Shown here in pieces: positions 19,729 to 31,256 of a stretch of 64,000 nucleotides of DNA (position 1 is its first letter; each line of letters starts with the position of its first letter). Under the pieces are notes generated by a model, which had not been told where the DNA came from, searched no databases, and worked only from the letters and a program-made list of their open reading frames with translations. Position numbers and translations under genes: made by a program. Source of the DNA: Paramoeba atlantica (Eukaryota; Protista; Discosea). The DNA lies in contig CDRNVI010000030.1 of assembly GCA_977017575.1 (NCBI GenBank), forward strand, positions 806,001 to 870,000, read 5' to 3'.

Positions 19729-21309
19729 CTACCCGTCCTTAAACTGGACTGGACAAGTGAGATAGTACTTCAAATCCCGGTACATTCCATGATACAACCG
19801 CTGATCTACCGTGACGTGGTTTTGCGAGAACCCATCCTTCTCTTCATCATAATACAAATCAATCCCTGGCAACGGAACCTCATCCCGCTGCCGCGTCCTC
19901 GACCACCCCTTCACATAATACCCATGCGCCCGACGCACCTGACGCTGCCACACCTCCGGAATCTCCACCGCACACAACGTCAACCTACTCGGATCCACCT
20001 TCCCATACGCCGCCTCAATCTCCCACGGTCGCGACCACCACGCGGACCACCCCCCTCCCCCCCCTCCCCCACACAACCCACTGCACAGACACGCCATACA
20101 CCCCCGGGGCCGCACCCTCTCCCGCATCCCCTCCCTCTCCTCCTCTCGTGGGAGTACCGTACACGGGCTCTCCCACAGCCCCCTCGGTAACTCCAGGTCA
20201 TAGAACACGTGTTCCAGTCTCAGGTAGTACCACTCCCCACGCACGGGGTAGATCGCCATCGGGAGGGCTCTGCCGCTCAGCGTGGCGGAGGCCGCCATGG
20301 CGAGTTCCGGGTGCGTACGAACCGCCTCGAGGGTCGCGGGGGACCCGAGATAGGCCAGTCGACCGGCAGCGTACCCCTCGGAGAGGTAGCGGGGGGCGTA
20401 GAGCGTGAGGGTACAGTGGGGGTAGTCCAGGGTGTAGGGGCGTCCAGGAGAGGAAGAAGAAGAAGAGGGGGGAACGGTGTGAAGAGCGTTAAGCCGCTCG
20501 GGGGGGATGTGCCGGGTCCGGGTGTAGCCTTGGCGCTCGGGGTGTTGGGGGACGGGTGGGGCTCCCCACCAGTAGGTGTTGAGTTGTGCCCAGAAACGGA
20601 AGGGGTCGAGGAGAAGGTTGCGGAGGTAGGGGGTGGAGGTAGGGGGTGGGGGATGGGTAAGGGGGGAGGTGGGGGAGGGACGAAGGTGAGGGGGGGAGCG
20701 TTGTTTGGTTTCACGTTTGGGAAGTCGTGAGCGGGGGTGGGTGGGGAGGTGACCGGGGAGAGGAGGAGATGGTCTTTCAGAGATCATATGGGTGGGGAAG
20801 TCGGAAGCAAGGTGAGATTGCTGCGTGTCGTTTCGCCCATCGAATAAAGGAGAGGAGGCGAAAACAACGTCTTTAGCTGTTGGGAGAGTTGTGCCCTCCT
20901 CGCTTGATAATTCGTCTGGCGCTGTGGGACTGTGGGGATGATATGGCAGTGAGGTGGAATTTATGAAGTGTTTATCGCTGACCATTCGTAAGGACGAGTC
21001 GTCGCCCTCTTCCGAGGACTGTGTCCCCACAAAATCAAAAGTTTCTGTTTCGCGCTTCTGCGTATTCATACCAGATGCCGTTGAACTTTCTCTCGACATT
21101 TGCAAGACATTTTTAGAGGAGGCTTTCATTTTACCGGGTAGCGAAGGTCTGGTGTTAGAGTCAATTTTCGCACAGTCCACTAAATTAGTAACCTCGATCC
21201 CAAATAGGAGGATGACTACGGGAAGGACAGTAAAAGTAATAGAGTAGGAAACGCGACGCGCTTGACATTTTTCCTCCGCAAAGGAATCAATTGGAAACGT
21301 CACGTGCAT
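19729..21309 (-). CDS. Hypothetical protein with N-terminal hydrophobic segment and low-complexity middle
   Basis: 526-aa ATG ORF co-oriented with the cluster. Confidence 0.7.
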   Translation of the reverse strand: MHVTFPIDSFAEEKCQARRVSYSITFTVLPVVILLFGIEVTNLVDCAKIDSNTRPSLPGKMKASSKNVLQMSRESSTASGMNTQKRETETFDFVGTQSSEEGDDSSLRMVSDKHFINSTSLPYHPHSPTAPDELSSEEGTTLPTAKDVVFASSPLFDGRNDTQQSHLASDFPTHMISERPSPPLPGHLPTHPRSRLPKRETKQRSPPHLRPSPTSPLTHPPPPTSTPYLRNLLLDPFRFWAQLNTYWWGAPPVPQHPERQGYTRTRHIPPERLNALHTVPPSSSSSSPGRPYTLDYPHCTLTLYAPRYLSEGYAAGRLAYLGSPATLEAVRTHPELAMAASATLSGRALPMAIYPVRGEWYYLRLEHVFYDLELPRGLWESPCTVLPREEEREGMRERVRPRGCMACLCSGLCGGGGGGGWSAWWSRPWEIEAAYGKVDPSRLTLCAVEIPEVWQRQVRRAHGYYVKGWSRTRQRDEVPLPGIDLYYDEEKDGFSQNHVTVDQRLYHGMYRDLKYYLTCPVQFKDG

Positions 21310-21504
21310 TATTGGTGCGAATACGGACCAAAAGAGACTTAATTTATATTGAAAGCACTGCAGATACTATGCCCCCCGCAAATTGCCGCGGTTTTTGACC
21401 GAAACGTACTATACTATACTATAAGTGGGGAGTGAAGTTTAAAATTCCCGTTTTCAGGGAAGCTCTTGAGAAGCATTTATAAATCTTGAGAACGGAGTAA
21501 TTTA

Positions 21505-21690
21505 TCTTTTTTAGACTCTTCGTTAAACGAGGTGGTTGTTTTCAACTTAGAAGTCACTCATGCTGCGCGCTTCGCGTTGAAAACTACCCCCGCGTTTATT
21601 ACCGCTCTACCCTCGATTATTGAAAAAAAAGTGAACAAAAACAGTGAAAATATAAGGAGGAAATACAAAGAGGAAAAGAATACATTGCGG
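21505..21690 (+). repeat. Fused B-palindrome and A-end of the asymmetric hairpin element family
   Basis: Matches 31257, 40035 and 48250 (B end) and 39286 and 37766 (A end). Confidence 0.8.
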
Positions 21691-21699
21691 GGGTTGTTT

Positions 21700-22179
21700 A
21701 CAACCTCTTGCTCTCCCTTCTTTATGGTGTCCGGGGTAGGGTGGATCGAGGAGGGTGTGAAAAGGGGGTCCAGTCCCCCTTATCCTCGATTCGGGCGCAA
21801 ATCGCTGTGCCTAAAAACGTAAGACTCGGGATTCGAACCCAGTTAGTCCATTTGGTATGACATCCAACGTCCTGTAAGGGGAATCTCTCCGAAAGGATCC
21901 GAAGGAGGAATCATCGCGGTCACTTACGGATATTCAGTCCGCATTCCAGGATGTCATCGGCACTCGTAGCGATCCTACGTGCGGGGTTCATCTACACGAA
22001 TGCCTCCTGCAAGCTAGCCTCAGTACCGAGCCATGGATGACTTCGTTCTTAAAAACTAAAGTTCGCAGCGCAGTTGGGGACAAGCCAAATGCTATGTACT
22101 GCGCAAAGCAGATGGTGAGTGTCCCTCCAGGGTCTCGTATTCCGCATTTGGAAAATGAAGATGCCCGACTGTCCGTCTG
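21700..22179. other. GC-rich non-coding structured island (E5) with B-box-like GGTTCGAATCC on the minus strand
   Basis: No credible ORF; GTGCCGATGAYATC shared with E2; truncated by a Merlin-like TIR at 22180. Confidence 0.35.
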
Positions 22180-24219
22180 GGCGTTACTATGCAAGCTCGG
22201 TGCCCTATTATTGTCTCATCGGTGAGGAAGGCCCCATAGGTGAAACTGAAGCAAAATTCGGGGTTTTTCAGTTTTTGTCCATCAAATTCTCTGATTGTAG
22301 AAAATACTTATCCAGAGATCTTATTCGTGTTTTCTTGAGTTTTTCGCTATTCTTTTCGTCATTTTCAGTTACTTGGTCTATCTTTCCATGCCTTTCACGG
22401 CATGTGTTGGGCTTGCTTGTCGGCGAAAGCTAACAATAAGTAAGATTGGAACTTGGACCGAAAAGCAGTGCGTGGAGTGGCTACAAAATCATAAGTTGGT
22501 GACACAAAAGGTCATATGTTGCAGACGAAATCATACGACTGACCACACTATGGAAATCAATGGTGAAAAATGGAAGTGCACGAAGTCTTGCAAAGGTATA
22601 GAAGGGATGTATGAGAAGGCGGGTCCACTATTGCCGGGAAGGGCGCAGCGAAGCGCTAAACAAACACTGAAGTACATACAGTCCAGCTCTTGGCTTCCCC
22701 AGGCTCCAGAGCGCAAAGAGAATTGCGCTTGCGTATACATACATGTATAGCATGTATAGCATTGCGCTTGCGTATGTATAGTGTCCACATTTTAGGCCTA
22801 AGTTTATTGATGACGCTTACATAAGGTGACCCCTTCCTTATGGTATCTCCACTTGGAGCGAGCTCTGGAGAGAGGTAAAGCGACGTGGCTTCACATGTTC
22901 AATAACATGCCTAAGGAACATGTTGAAAAACTCAAAAGAAAAGATTGTACTCAGAACAGCTTTAAAGACCCCTTTCTTATCTAATAATCATAAGGAGCGC
23001 ACAGTGCAATTTGCCACTGAAATGCTACAGTGGAGCGACGCTGCGCTGGAAAATATTATTTTCTGCGATGTAAAATTTTTTACGTGCAAAAGATCCACCC
23101 GACCCACGTACCTTTACCGAAAATCTGACCCCCCCAAAGAACAAACAGGGGAATTGGAACCCTATCATGGTGGAGAAGGTATTATGGTTTGGATGGGGGT
23201 GAGCTTAAAGCATGGGTTTGATTTACACGTTTTTCCTACCCATGATTCTCAAGGAAACAAAGTAACGGTAAAGGGACAATTTTTTTACCAAGCCATGAAA
23301 AAGAGGGGGGGGGTCTGTTCTAATATTTAAGGAGACAATAGTGATGGACAATTGCCCGGCACATAATAAGGATCGTGCCGCTGCCCAAGAAAAGGGTTAT
23401 TCTTGGCTCCAGCACAATCCCCCGATCTAAACCCCATAGAGAATCTTTGGTCAATAATGGACGGGATAAAGGACCAAATTCAACCCAAAAATCAACAACA
23501 ATTACTCTCCGCAATTCATGTTTCCTATGGTAAACTTAAGACAGAACAAAGATCTAAATTTGAGAATACGCTAAAACGCTTCAGAAAGCGTTGTAGAAAA
23601 GCACGGTGCACAGTGCGGATACTAAAAGGGGTTACTAACAATCTTCTTGGGGAAAAACGTTATTTTTTAACTTTTTTGCATCATTTTTATGTGACAATTC
23701 GTGTTTTTGACCTATCCGGCATTTGTACTTCCACTTTGATACGTCATCCAGTTTTCCCGTCTTTCCTCCTATATCACCTTCCATTTCTAGAAGAGAAGGT
23801 GCTAAATTCTAGAACGTTCCTGCTTTTTTCTAAATTGTTTAGAAAAAAATACGAAAAGTTTTAAAAAAATCGCCCCCCTTCGGGGGGGGGCACACAAAAA
23901 ACGAAGTATAAAGGGGGGGGGCTGACCAGCGAAGTATAAAGGGGGGTCACAGTATGTTAAAAGCTACCAACACGAAGACACACAACTCTATGAGAGCTCT
24001 CGAGTGCGCTATTATTTTCCAAAATTGAAAAGTTTTTACAAATTTTAGACCCCCCCCCCTAGATGGAAGTTTTCACCCCTTCCGCACTTTAAACCTAAGT
24101 TGTCAGTTTAAGTTTTTCAACATTTTTTGAGCAATTTTTGAACAGATTTATGAAAAAAGCGAAAAAACCGAATTTTGCTTCAGTTTAGCCGCCCCATACT
24201 ATGGGGCCATAGTAACGCC
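22180..24219 (+). mobile_element. Merlin-like (IS1016/ISXO2-type) element relic with nested Tc1
   Basis: Long imperfect TIRs GGCGTTACTATG...GCCCCATAG...AAACTGAAGCAAAATTCGG at both ends; relic N-terminus TEKQCVEWLQNHKL...C...WKCTKSC; no TSD found. Confidence 0.6.
22830..23952 (+). mobile_element. Tc1/mariner transposase pseudogene with right TIR
   Basis: KTPFLS..HK..R, IFCDVK, GIMVWMG, MDNCPAH (frameshift), PAQSPDLNPIENLW; ends GGGGGGTCACAG-TA. Confidence 0.85.
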
Positions 24220-25021
24220 AGAAGAGCTGGAAAAGATAATGCTGAACGACACTGAAGAGCAACCCAACGAAAAAATTGTCAATTGTTTGGCCGCTCACGC
24301 ACTTTTTTCAAGTGAATCGGGCAAACCAGGCAGCATCATTTGCAATGGATCCTCGGTCAGCACAAAGGCGTCTTCGACGAAGTTTCCCACAGGGCGGAAT
24401 CTTCAAAGCAGTCCCCGACAACTCGACGTGAAGATTATGATGTTCATTCCTTCTGAAGTGCTTAGAAAGAGACAAAGTGTCATAAAAAGATCAAGACACA
24501 ATGGGATTAAAAGAATGTGTAGTTCGCTTTGACAACCCAGAAGAGCTGCGTGTTAGATCAGTTAGATACGTAGCGTGCAGTTTATTTGTGGGCTTCTTTT
24601 CGCGTCGCATAGGCAGATAAATTATGCAGATTTATTATGCCAATCGTCGGTATCAGACTGCGCTACGAATGTACAACTTTTTGCTTCTGAAATTCCTCAA
24701 GTTTCTTCCTGGATTGGTTACGCTAAAGAGTTATGAACTACAGTATGTAGTTAGTTGGAAACTACATTTGATACCTAGTTATTTTAGAGCACATTCAATC
24801 ATCAGTGCAATGGCCTATTCCACACTTATACGTGATGGGTTACTCTTTGACATACAGTGTATTCCTAGAAGCTGTATGGCGTAGTGTATAATACACATCC
24901 AGAACAAATGGGTTCATTGTCGCAGTGGTCATCTGATAAAGTCACATCTATGCATTACTTTACAAACCAGTCTCAAGAAAAGCAAGCGGTTTCCTATTGT
25001 AATTCACTCAACTATAAACCC

Positions 25022-25098
25022 TTTATATCAAAGGAAATCCTTTTTATATCAAAGGAAATCCTTTTTATATCAAAGGAAATCCTTTATATGAAAGGAAA
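25022..25098. repeat. Tandem repeat, about 3.5 x 21 bp (TTTATATCAAAGGAAATCCTT)
   Basis: Direct reading. Confidence 0.9.
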
Positions 25099-25475
25099 TG
25101 CCCACCCGGAGGCCTGTATCAGAAACCGTAATCAAAGAACGCTATCGTGAGAACATGCGGAACAGAGTTCGTCGTGGACTCTCGCAATATGCAGTAGCGC
25201 CAACGGCTGAAAAAAGAACGTACTTCATTCGGCTAGAGCAATTACTCGAGGTACACGGCATTGCTAATATCACCGAAGAACCCTTCTTGGCCCTCTGCGT
25301 GAGCCTCTCCAGGTTCTATCGCCCAGGAACCTTGGGATCATTCCGTACTGCACTCGTATGGCGACAGCTAGAAGACATGCCCGAGTCTAGTTGCTGGACG
25401 TTAGGGGCCTATTGTCTACACTTACCTCGGAAGGAGGCAACATGCCCCTCTCCCCTATGTTGGAGAAAAGACTAG
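25098..25475 (+). pseudogene. Probable N-terminal fragment of a VIPER/TATE-like tyrosine recombinase
   Basis: Y..RLEQL.......F......L...Y.PGTLGSFRTAL resembles a YR core-binding domain; plus strand. Confidence 0.4.
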
Positions 25476-25900
25476 CCCATAGGTTGATAGAACAGTCGGA
25501 AAAACACTTTAATTGGAATCCTCTTGTGTAAGCGTAGGTCCAACGGAGACACCAAAAGTTCACGATGGGCCCCACTAGACATACCTTGACCGGGTACGGC
25601 GGGTACGTACCCGCCTGTACCCACTATATCGGGTACCGTACGAGCTATAAAAAAGAGCGGGGTTTATAGCATAGCATGAGAGGTAGCCACCTAATTTCTT
25701 CCGCATATACATTTGTTTCCTCTTTCAAGATATGTCAAGTACTACAGAATATACATACAGAATTGTATGTAAGTCAAGTAGGCACAAAAGGTACTGACTC
25801 CGTGATACATCCTTATGTCTTTACGTTTCCTGTGAATGAACATTTTTTTGTTTAATTGCTGTGGATCAATTATTTCATAAGCATTTCATATTTAAAATTA

Positions 25901-26110
25901 CTGTCCCGCCCCGTTTAAGCGCACCTCGTTTTCCGCGAAAAGTGCGCTTAAACGGGGGGTCTGAATCACTACGTAGAAGAAGAAGAAGAAGAATCACTAC
26001 GTAAAAAAAGAATTGGCGCCGCTTCGCGGCGCCGGGCTCTTTCCTTCAACTCTTTGTGCGCTTAAACGGGGGAGTCTGACCGGGTGCGCTTAAGGGGTGG
26101 GGGGGACTTT
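25901..26110. mobile_element. MITE, TA-CTGTCCC TIR family
   Basis: TA|CTGTCCCGCCCCGTTTAAGCGCACC with inverted GTGCGCTTAAACGGGGG copies at 25942, 26056 and 26083. Confidence 0.65.
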
Positions 26111-26586
26111 ATATTATACAGGGGGGATCAGCTAATGCTGGGGGGGTCTAAAATTTGCAAAGCTTGGCCAATTTTGGAAAATAATAGCGCATTCGAGAGC
26201 TCTCACACAGCCCTTCTGTGGAGGATATGCCGTTGTGCATAAAATCAACAATTTTATAAAATGGTATACCTGGTTGGGTACCATAATGCATGTATCGGCT
26301 CTCCACGTGAATAAGAAGTGTATAATGAAGTGAATAAGAAGCAATTCTGATTAAAACGAGCTAGAAATCTTGTTACTGCTTCCTTTTTTCAGTACGCAAC
26401 GCCGCCGGATTGCAAAGCGGGTTCGAGCCTCCATGCCAAACGATTCCTCGCAACACGTCGATGCCGGGAGTAACCTGCCTCTCGAACGGGGCAGAAGAGC
26501 TAAGAGAAATTCAGAAGAGGAAGCACCCTACGATTTATGAAGCTGCAAAGCATAATACAGACCCATGTACATGTACATAGTTTTCA

Positions 26587-27050
26587 TTGATATATTATTT
26601 ATTTCCCAATGAAATAGTAGTAGGTGAAGGATATACGTTCGAGTCTCACTGCAAAACAAAAAATCATTATCTTGAGCACAGAAGGAAGTGCATTATGAAA
26701 GGTGAAAATCAGGAAAACGTTAGAGGGGACCTTTGTCAAGTAGAACGGTTTACGAAAAAGGTAGTTCCTTGTCTACAAAGCCTTACGAACCTTTCTAGAA
26801 CTCGATTCCTTTGGCTCATTAAAAAAATGGAGCAATTGCGACCAGCTGTTGACTCTCAGATGCTCGAGAAACATCTCCCAAAAAGTTTGTCAACGATGAC
26901 AGCCGAGCCATCGTTCACGAAATATGGACAAAGCTATGCATTGAAATTGACTCGTGCGCATTTTTTGGCATCGCGGTGGATGCAGGCATTGAATCCTCTA
27001 GTCTAGAGGATTTTCTAGGGGCCCTACCCGAGAGACAGGAGGCCGTATTG
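26587..27050 (+). pseudogene. Frameshifted 5' fragment of the hAT-like gene family of 7388-9505
   Basis: TFESHC, VERFTKKVVPCLQSLTNL..F.WLI.K.E.LRP, then in another frame HEIWTKLC..ID....GIAVDAGI. Confidence 0.85.
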
Positions 27051-27727
27051 TCACCCAACGTCCAAGAGGACCAGTAACCCGTTGTTCATTCGAGGTAGTT
27101 CCCGTGTCCGATGAATGGGGCTCTGAGGGAAGGTTACTATTTCCAGGAAGGGGAGAGATGAAGGGACATCACCGGGAGCATTAACGTTTTCCGGAAGAGA
27201 GAAAGATGAATGGAAGTCAACTGAGGGGTTACCATTTTCCGGTAGGAAAAGAAATGAAAGGGATTGGCTGGACGGGTTAGTCATCATACCAGCCCGCAAT
27301 CGGCTCCTACCTCGGAGAACCATCAGTTCAAAAGAGTAAAAAATGAGTCAAATACTGTGTAACAAGATGTAATAAGGTACTCGTGGGACGTATATCACAT
27401 TACACTAGAAAAAAAAAAATCGGCGCCGCTTCGCGACGCCTCGTGCCCAAGGCTCTGTCAAAAAGGACAATTAAATAGGGGGGGTAGAGGGGTGACAATT
27501 AAGTAGGGGGGGTACAGTACCTGCAATCTTGGCAGTCACTGGAGGTCAGAGGAGTCCACATCCGACTTTCAGAAAAGCTGTTTTACCGACTCTCGGTTTC
27601 GAAAGGGGCAGAGAGCGTTTTTATTCTCCGAAAACAAAGGAAGAAACTATCTAAATTACAGCTTTACGAATTTTCTCTGTACATTTTCTCTTTATGTGAA
27701 ATAGTTACTCATATAGCATACGATGCA

Positions 27728-28930
27728 CTAATTCGGAGTGTGCCTTGCTGGCGCACCCCACCGTGAGCCTGCGGCACAGGTACGGGGGTCATTATCCTTG
27801 GAGGCCCACATAGTGCTCTTGTCTTGAGTCGCCGAATTCCCCATTCGACCCTTGGCCCGGGGGAACATTTCCGTTACCCCATCCGTCATATTGAGCGCTG
27901 CAGCGCGACGATACCGGCGGTTGGAGACGAACGGCGGAGTCGCTACCTCGGTGTTATCAACAGACCAGTCAAACTGCACTGTGTGCTGAGAGCGCTCCTC
28001 CGGAGTCTCCCCGAACCACTGATAGTCAACTCGGATGTAGTGGTTTTGGTTCGGGCGCTCATTGTACACACGCCAGGCTTCCGTCACGTCGCGTATCCCG
28101 TTTCCGAGAAAATGTGTCGCTGCAATGACTTCACGCAACAAATCCCTTTTGGTGTACGGACCAGTGTGCTGATATTGATGCAAAGGAAATTTCCCTTCGG
28201 GATGCTCCTTCGCGGCATTCGTGCTGAATAGATGCAAATTTTCGTTTTCTAAGCCGCCGTAGGAAAATTCGCTCGGCACTTGGGATTCTGATTTTATACC
28301 AGACTCTGGAGGATTATTCCCTTGTCCATTTTTTCCTTGTGTATCGTGATCCTCCTTATATCCAGAACCTTCCGAAGAAGCTTTTTCATGGAACTCATGT
28401 GGTCGCGATTCTCCATAGATCGGGAATATGAACTGACGCTCGTCAAGACAATTAATGACCAAGTAGGGAAGATCACCGTATTCAAGCAGCATTTCAGTTT
28501 CCACGTAGCACTGAGCATTATGAAATGTGATAGGAATCATGCATTCTCGTGCAAACTGCCTAGCTAACTCAATTCTCCGCTTACCACGTGGCGTCAGAGA
28601 ATGTTGAAAATAATAACAATAAATCGACTTTGTAAATGGATGTACGTGGCACTCGTTTTCCAATAACACGGCATACGGCCATACGATTTCTGTCGCTTCA
28701 TTACCGAAAAGCTTTTTGGCTTTCGGAAGGTGCTTCCATGTATCAAGATCTTTCCATTCGGCAATACTTTGAAGTTGAGTTTTTTTCATAAATTTCCATT
28801 GTTCGATTTCTTTTTCACTTATTTGACGACGACCAGGCCCGCGATGCAGTCCCCGAGGCTTCCGTGGAGTAGAAACGGGTGAGTTTTCGGTTAGCTGCTC
28901 TAGATTGCGAAATATTGAAGCACGACGCAT
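27728..28930 (-). CDS. Conserved hypothetical protein, possibly a kinetoplastid mitoribosomal subunit
   Basis: 400-aa ORF; basic N-terminal presequence-like MRRASIFR; PITFHNAQCYVETEMLLEY recalled as kinetoplastid-like (unverified). Confidence 0.6.
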   Translation of the reverse strand: MRRASIFRNLEQLTENSPVSTPRKPRGLHRGPGRRQISEKEIEQWKFMKKTQLQSIAEWKDLDTWKHLPKAKKLFGNEATEIVWPYAVLLENECHVHPFTKSIYCYYFQHSLTPRGKRRIELARQFARECMIPITFHNAQCYVETEMLLEYGDLPYLVINCLDERQFIFPIYGESRPHEFHEKASSEGSGYKEDHDTQGKNGQGNNPPESGIKSESQVPSEFSYGGLENENLHLFSTNAAKEHPEGKFPLHQYQHTGPYTKRDLLREVIAATHFLGNGIRDVTEAWRVYNERPNQNHYIRVDYQWFGETPEERSQHTVQFDWSVDNTEVATPPFVSNRRYRRAAALNMTDGVTEMFPRAKGRMGNSATQDKSTMWASKDNDPRTCAAGSRWGAPARHTPN

Positions 28931-29145
28931 TTATTTAAAAAATTAAAAAAACGATTTAATTTTTTAATAATTTAAGGAACCTTATTTCTAACTCAATAAA
29001 TGTATTTCGTGATGTAGATGTGTACATTACAATTTTGATTGTAGAAGAACCACAAATAACCAACACCAAAAGTTAAAACAAAACGTAATTTAATTTTCAT
29101 GGTTCTCGCGAACATCAAAACCAAACCCCTTTTAAAAAACCGGTT

Positions 29146-29523
29146 AAAGGGAACCGGTTTTGCGCCAAAAAACTATCTAAAAAATTGCCAAGAAGTCTTA
29201 CTTTTTCTTCTTTTCCATCACTAATTGAATGTTCTATTTTACTCATGGCTCAAAGCTTTTAGCACACTCTACACGTTGGTATACAAGCTTGTGGTCCAAT
29301 AGCCATTGAATAATGTCCCTTTCGCTTATCGCTCCCAAAACTGTGTATGACCAGTTGTCGGTACAAGAAAAATCAGTGCAATGCCGACAATTTATGTCCA
29401 AAGTAGCCAAAAAGGTGGAAAAGTATCAGAAAAACTGATGTATTATCTTCAAAATTGTTCTTTAGAATAATTATGACTCTTTTTCGAAAATTTTTATCTT
29501 TTGGCGCAAAACCGATTCCCTTT
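29146..29523 (-). mobile_element. Short Merlin-like non-autonomous relic
   Basis: 25-bp inverted repeats with 1 mismatch (29146-29170, 29499-29523); minus strand encodes SERDIIQWLLDHKLVYQRVECAK, similar to the relic at about 22450. Confidence 0.6.
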
Positions 29524-29608
29524 CACCAAAAAACCGTATTAATAAAGCTTTTTTCTGTTGACCCCTGAACCCCACGACCGCTAAAGTTTTGGATAAATAA
29601 TATTTGTA

Positions 29609-31251
29609 CTGTACCCCCCCGTTTATAATAGCCTCGCTTTTGCCCAAATGAACCTATAAAGGGGGGAGGGCGATTAAAAGTCGGCACAGAAATTGCCCTA
29701 CATTTGGGAGCGAGGAACCAGGAATTATTTAATCGCTAAGTGGGCCCCTGCGCTCTGCCAAAGTAAAATGTCCAGCACGAACCCGCGCCACACCTCGAAG
29801 AACCATGTGAAAATAAATATCAAAATATTTAAGATGGTGCAAGAAAAATAAAAAACTCTTCCGCGGGGAGAGGTCGAGGCTATTAAACCCCTCCGCATCA
29901 AAAAGGCACCCACCCTTATTTTTCGCATGAGGGGGGCTAGGGGGGTTATCGCACCACTTTATCGTGCAAAATTTTGAGATCTGTACGTTCCCGTTGTCTT
30001 TAGGTCATTTCGAAAAATAAAAAAAGTTGAATTTGTTTCTAATTTTTTTTCACTTTTCATGCCAAAAAATACGTATCGACTCCCCAGGGGTGGTCTTACA
30101 GAAAGTGGAAAAGTGTTATTACGCATGAGGCTTGGCCAAGGGGTTGCGATAAGGCAACTAGACCGCGAGTTTAATGTCAATGTGAAGCATATTCGAAAAT
30201 ATTTGAAAAAAAATCGCCGGAAAATATTTATTCTCTGAGCCCTGAAATAAAAAAAAGAACCAAAAAACGGAGAAGCCTCGTTAAAGATACTATTGAACCT
30301 TTAGACCGAGCGGGGGTCCCCATAAATGGGTCTGCTCGCAAGATTCGCGGTAAATTGAAGAGAAAGGGTATAAATGAATCTTCAGACACCGTTAATAGAG
30401 ATATTAACGGTGTCTGAACGGCTACACATATGGGTTACGGCCTTTATCTCAAGGACTGACAGAGGTGCAGAAAAACAAAAGGGTGTTGTTTGCTAAAAAT
30501 TGGGAAAAGTTAAAGTGGGACACCTCTCTTTTAGTTTTCACTGATGAGAAAATATTTGATACGAATGATCATCGATCAAAAATGTGGGTAGCTCCCGGCC
30601 AAAAGCCTGTGAAGCGGCAAAGAGTGCGTTGGGCACCCAAATGTCATGTGTGGGGAGCCGTGGGAGTAGGCTATAGACACCTTGTTATTCTCCCCACCAA
30701 CTCAAATACATATGTTTCGTACATTAAAACATTAAAAAAAGTATCATTCCCCCCAAACTGTATTTTTCAGCAAGATGGGGCAACACCTCACACTGCCAAG
30801 GAAACAAAAGCGTACCTTGAGGACAGCAAAATGAAATTATTGAAAAATTGGCCGCCCAACTACCCCGATCTCTCACCAATAGAAAACGTGTGGAGCATGG
30901 TACAAAATCTTGTAGATGAATACAATCCTGCAAAGAAAGAAGATCTCATAAAAAGCGTACGTAAAGCTTGGCGTAAATTGCCTCAAGATTATATTGATGA
31001 TTCGGTTTTGAGCTTCGATGCTCGCCTCAAAGCTTGTGTGGCGAGTAACGGAGAAAAGGTGACAAAATGGTAATCTCTTTCTAAAATATACGTATTCGTT
31101 TCTTTTTGTCTCATTTTTTCGCGCGCAAAGTCTGTGCGTTGAGATCTGCAAAATGCAACAAAAATCAGCTCAAACGGACATTTGGCTGAAAAGTTAAGGG
31201 TGGGTGCCTTATTGGTACGGAGGGGTTTATAAACAGGGGGGGGGGGTACAG
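29609..31251 (+). mobile_element. Tc1/mariner element with both TIRs and TA TSD; 5' part of the transposase decayed
   Basis: TA|CTGTACCCCCCCGTTTATAA ... TTTATAAACAG(G)nTACAG|TA. Confidence 0.9.
30465..31073 (+). CDS. Tc1 transposase catalytic domain (DD35E spacing)
   Basis: FTDEK, VWGAVG, FQQDGATPH, WPPNYPDLSPIENVW; 35 residues counted between D and E. Confidence 0.9.
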   Translation: MQKNKRVLFAKNWEKLKWDTSLLVFTDEKIFDTNDHRSKMWVAPGQKPVKRQRVRWAPKCHVWGAVGVGYRHLVILPTNSNTYVSYIKTLKKVSFPPNCIFQQDGATPHTAKETKAYLEDSKMKLLKNWPPNYPDLSPIENVWSMVQNLVDEYNPAKKEDLIKSVRKAWRKLPQDYIDDSVLSFDARLKACVASNGEKVTKW

Positions 31252-31256
31252 TAAAT

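Noticed and set aside
16817-20730. Long overlapping and antisense ORFs in GC-rich genes (e.g. 16834-17376+, 19684-20190+, 20209-20730+)
   Set aside because: Expected shadows of GC-rich coding sequence; no motifs and opposite to the cluster direction.
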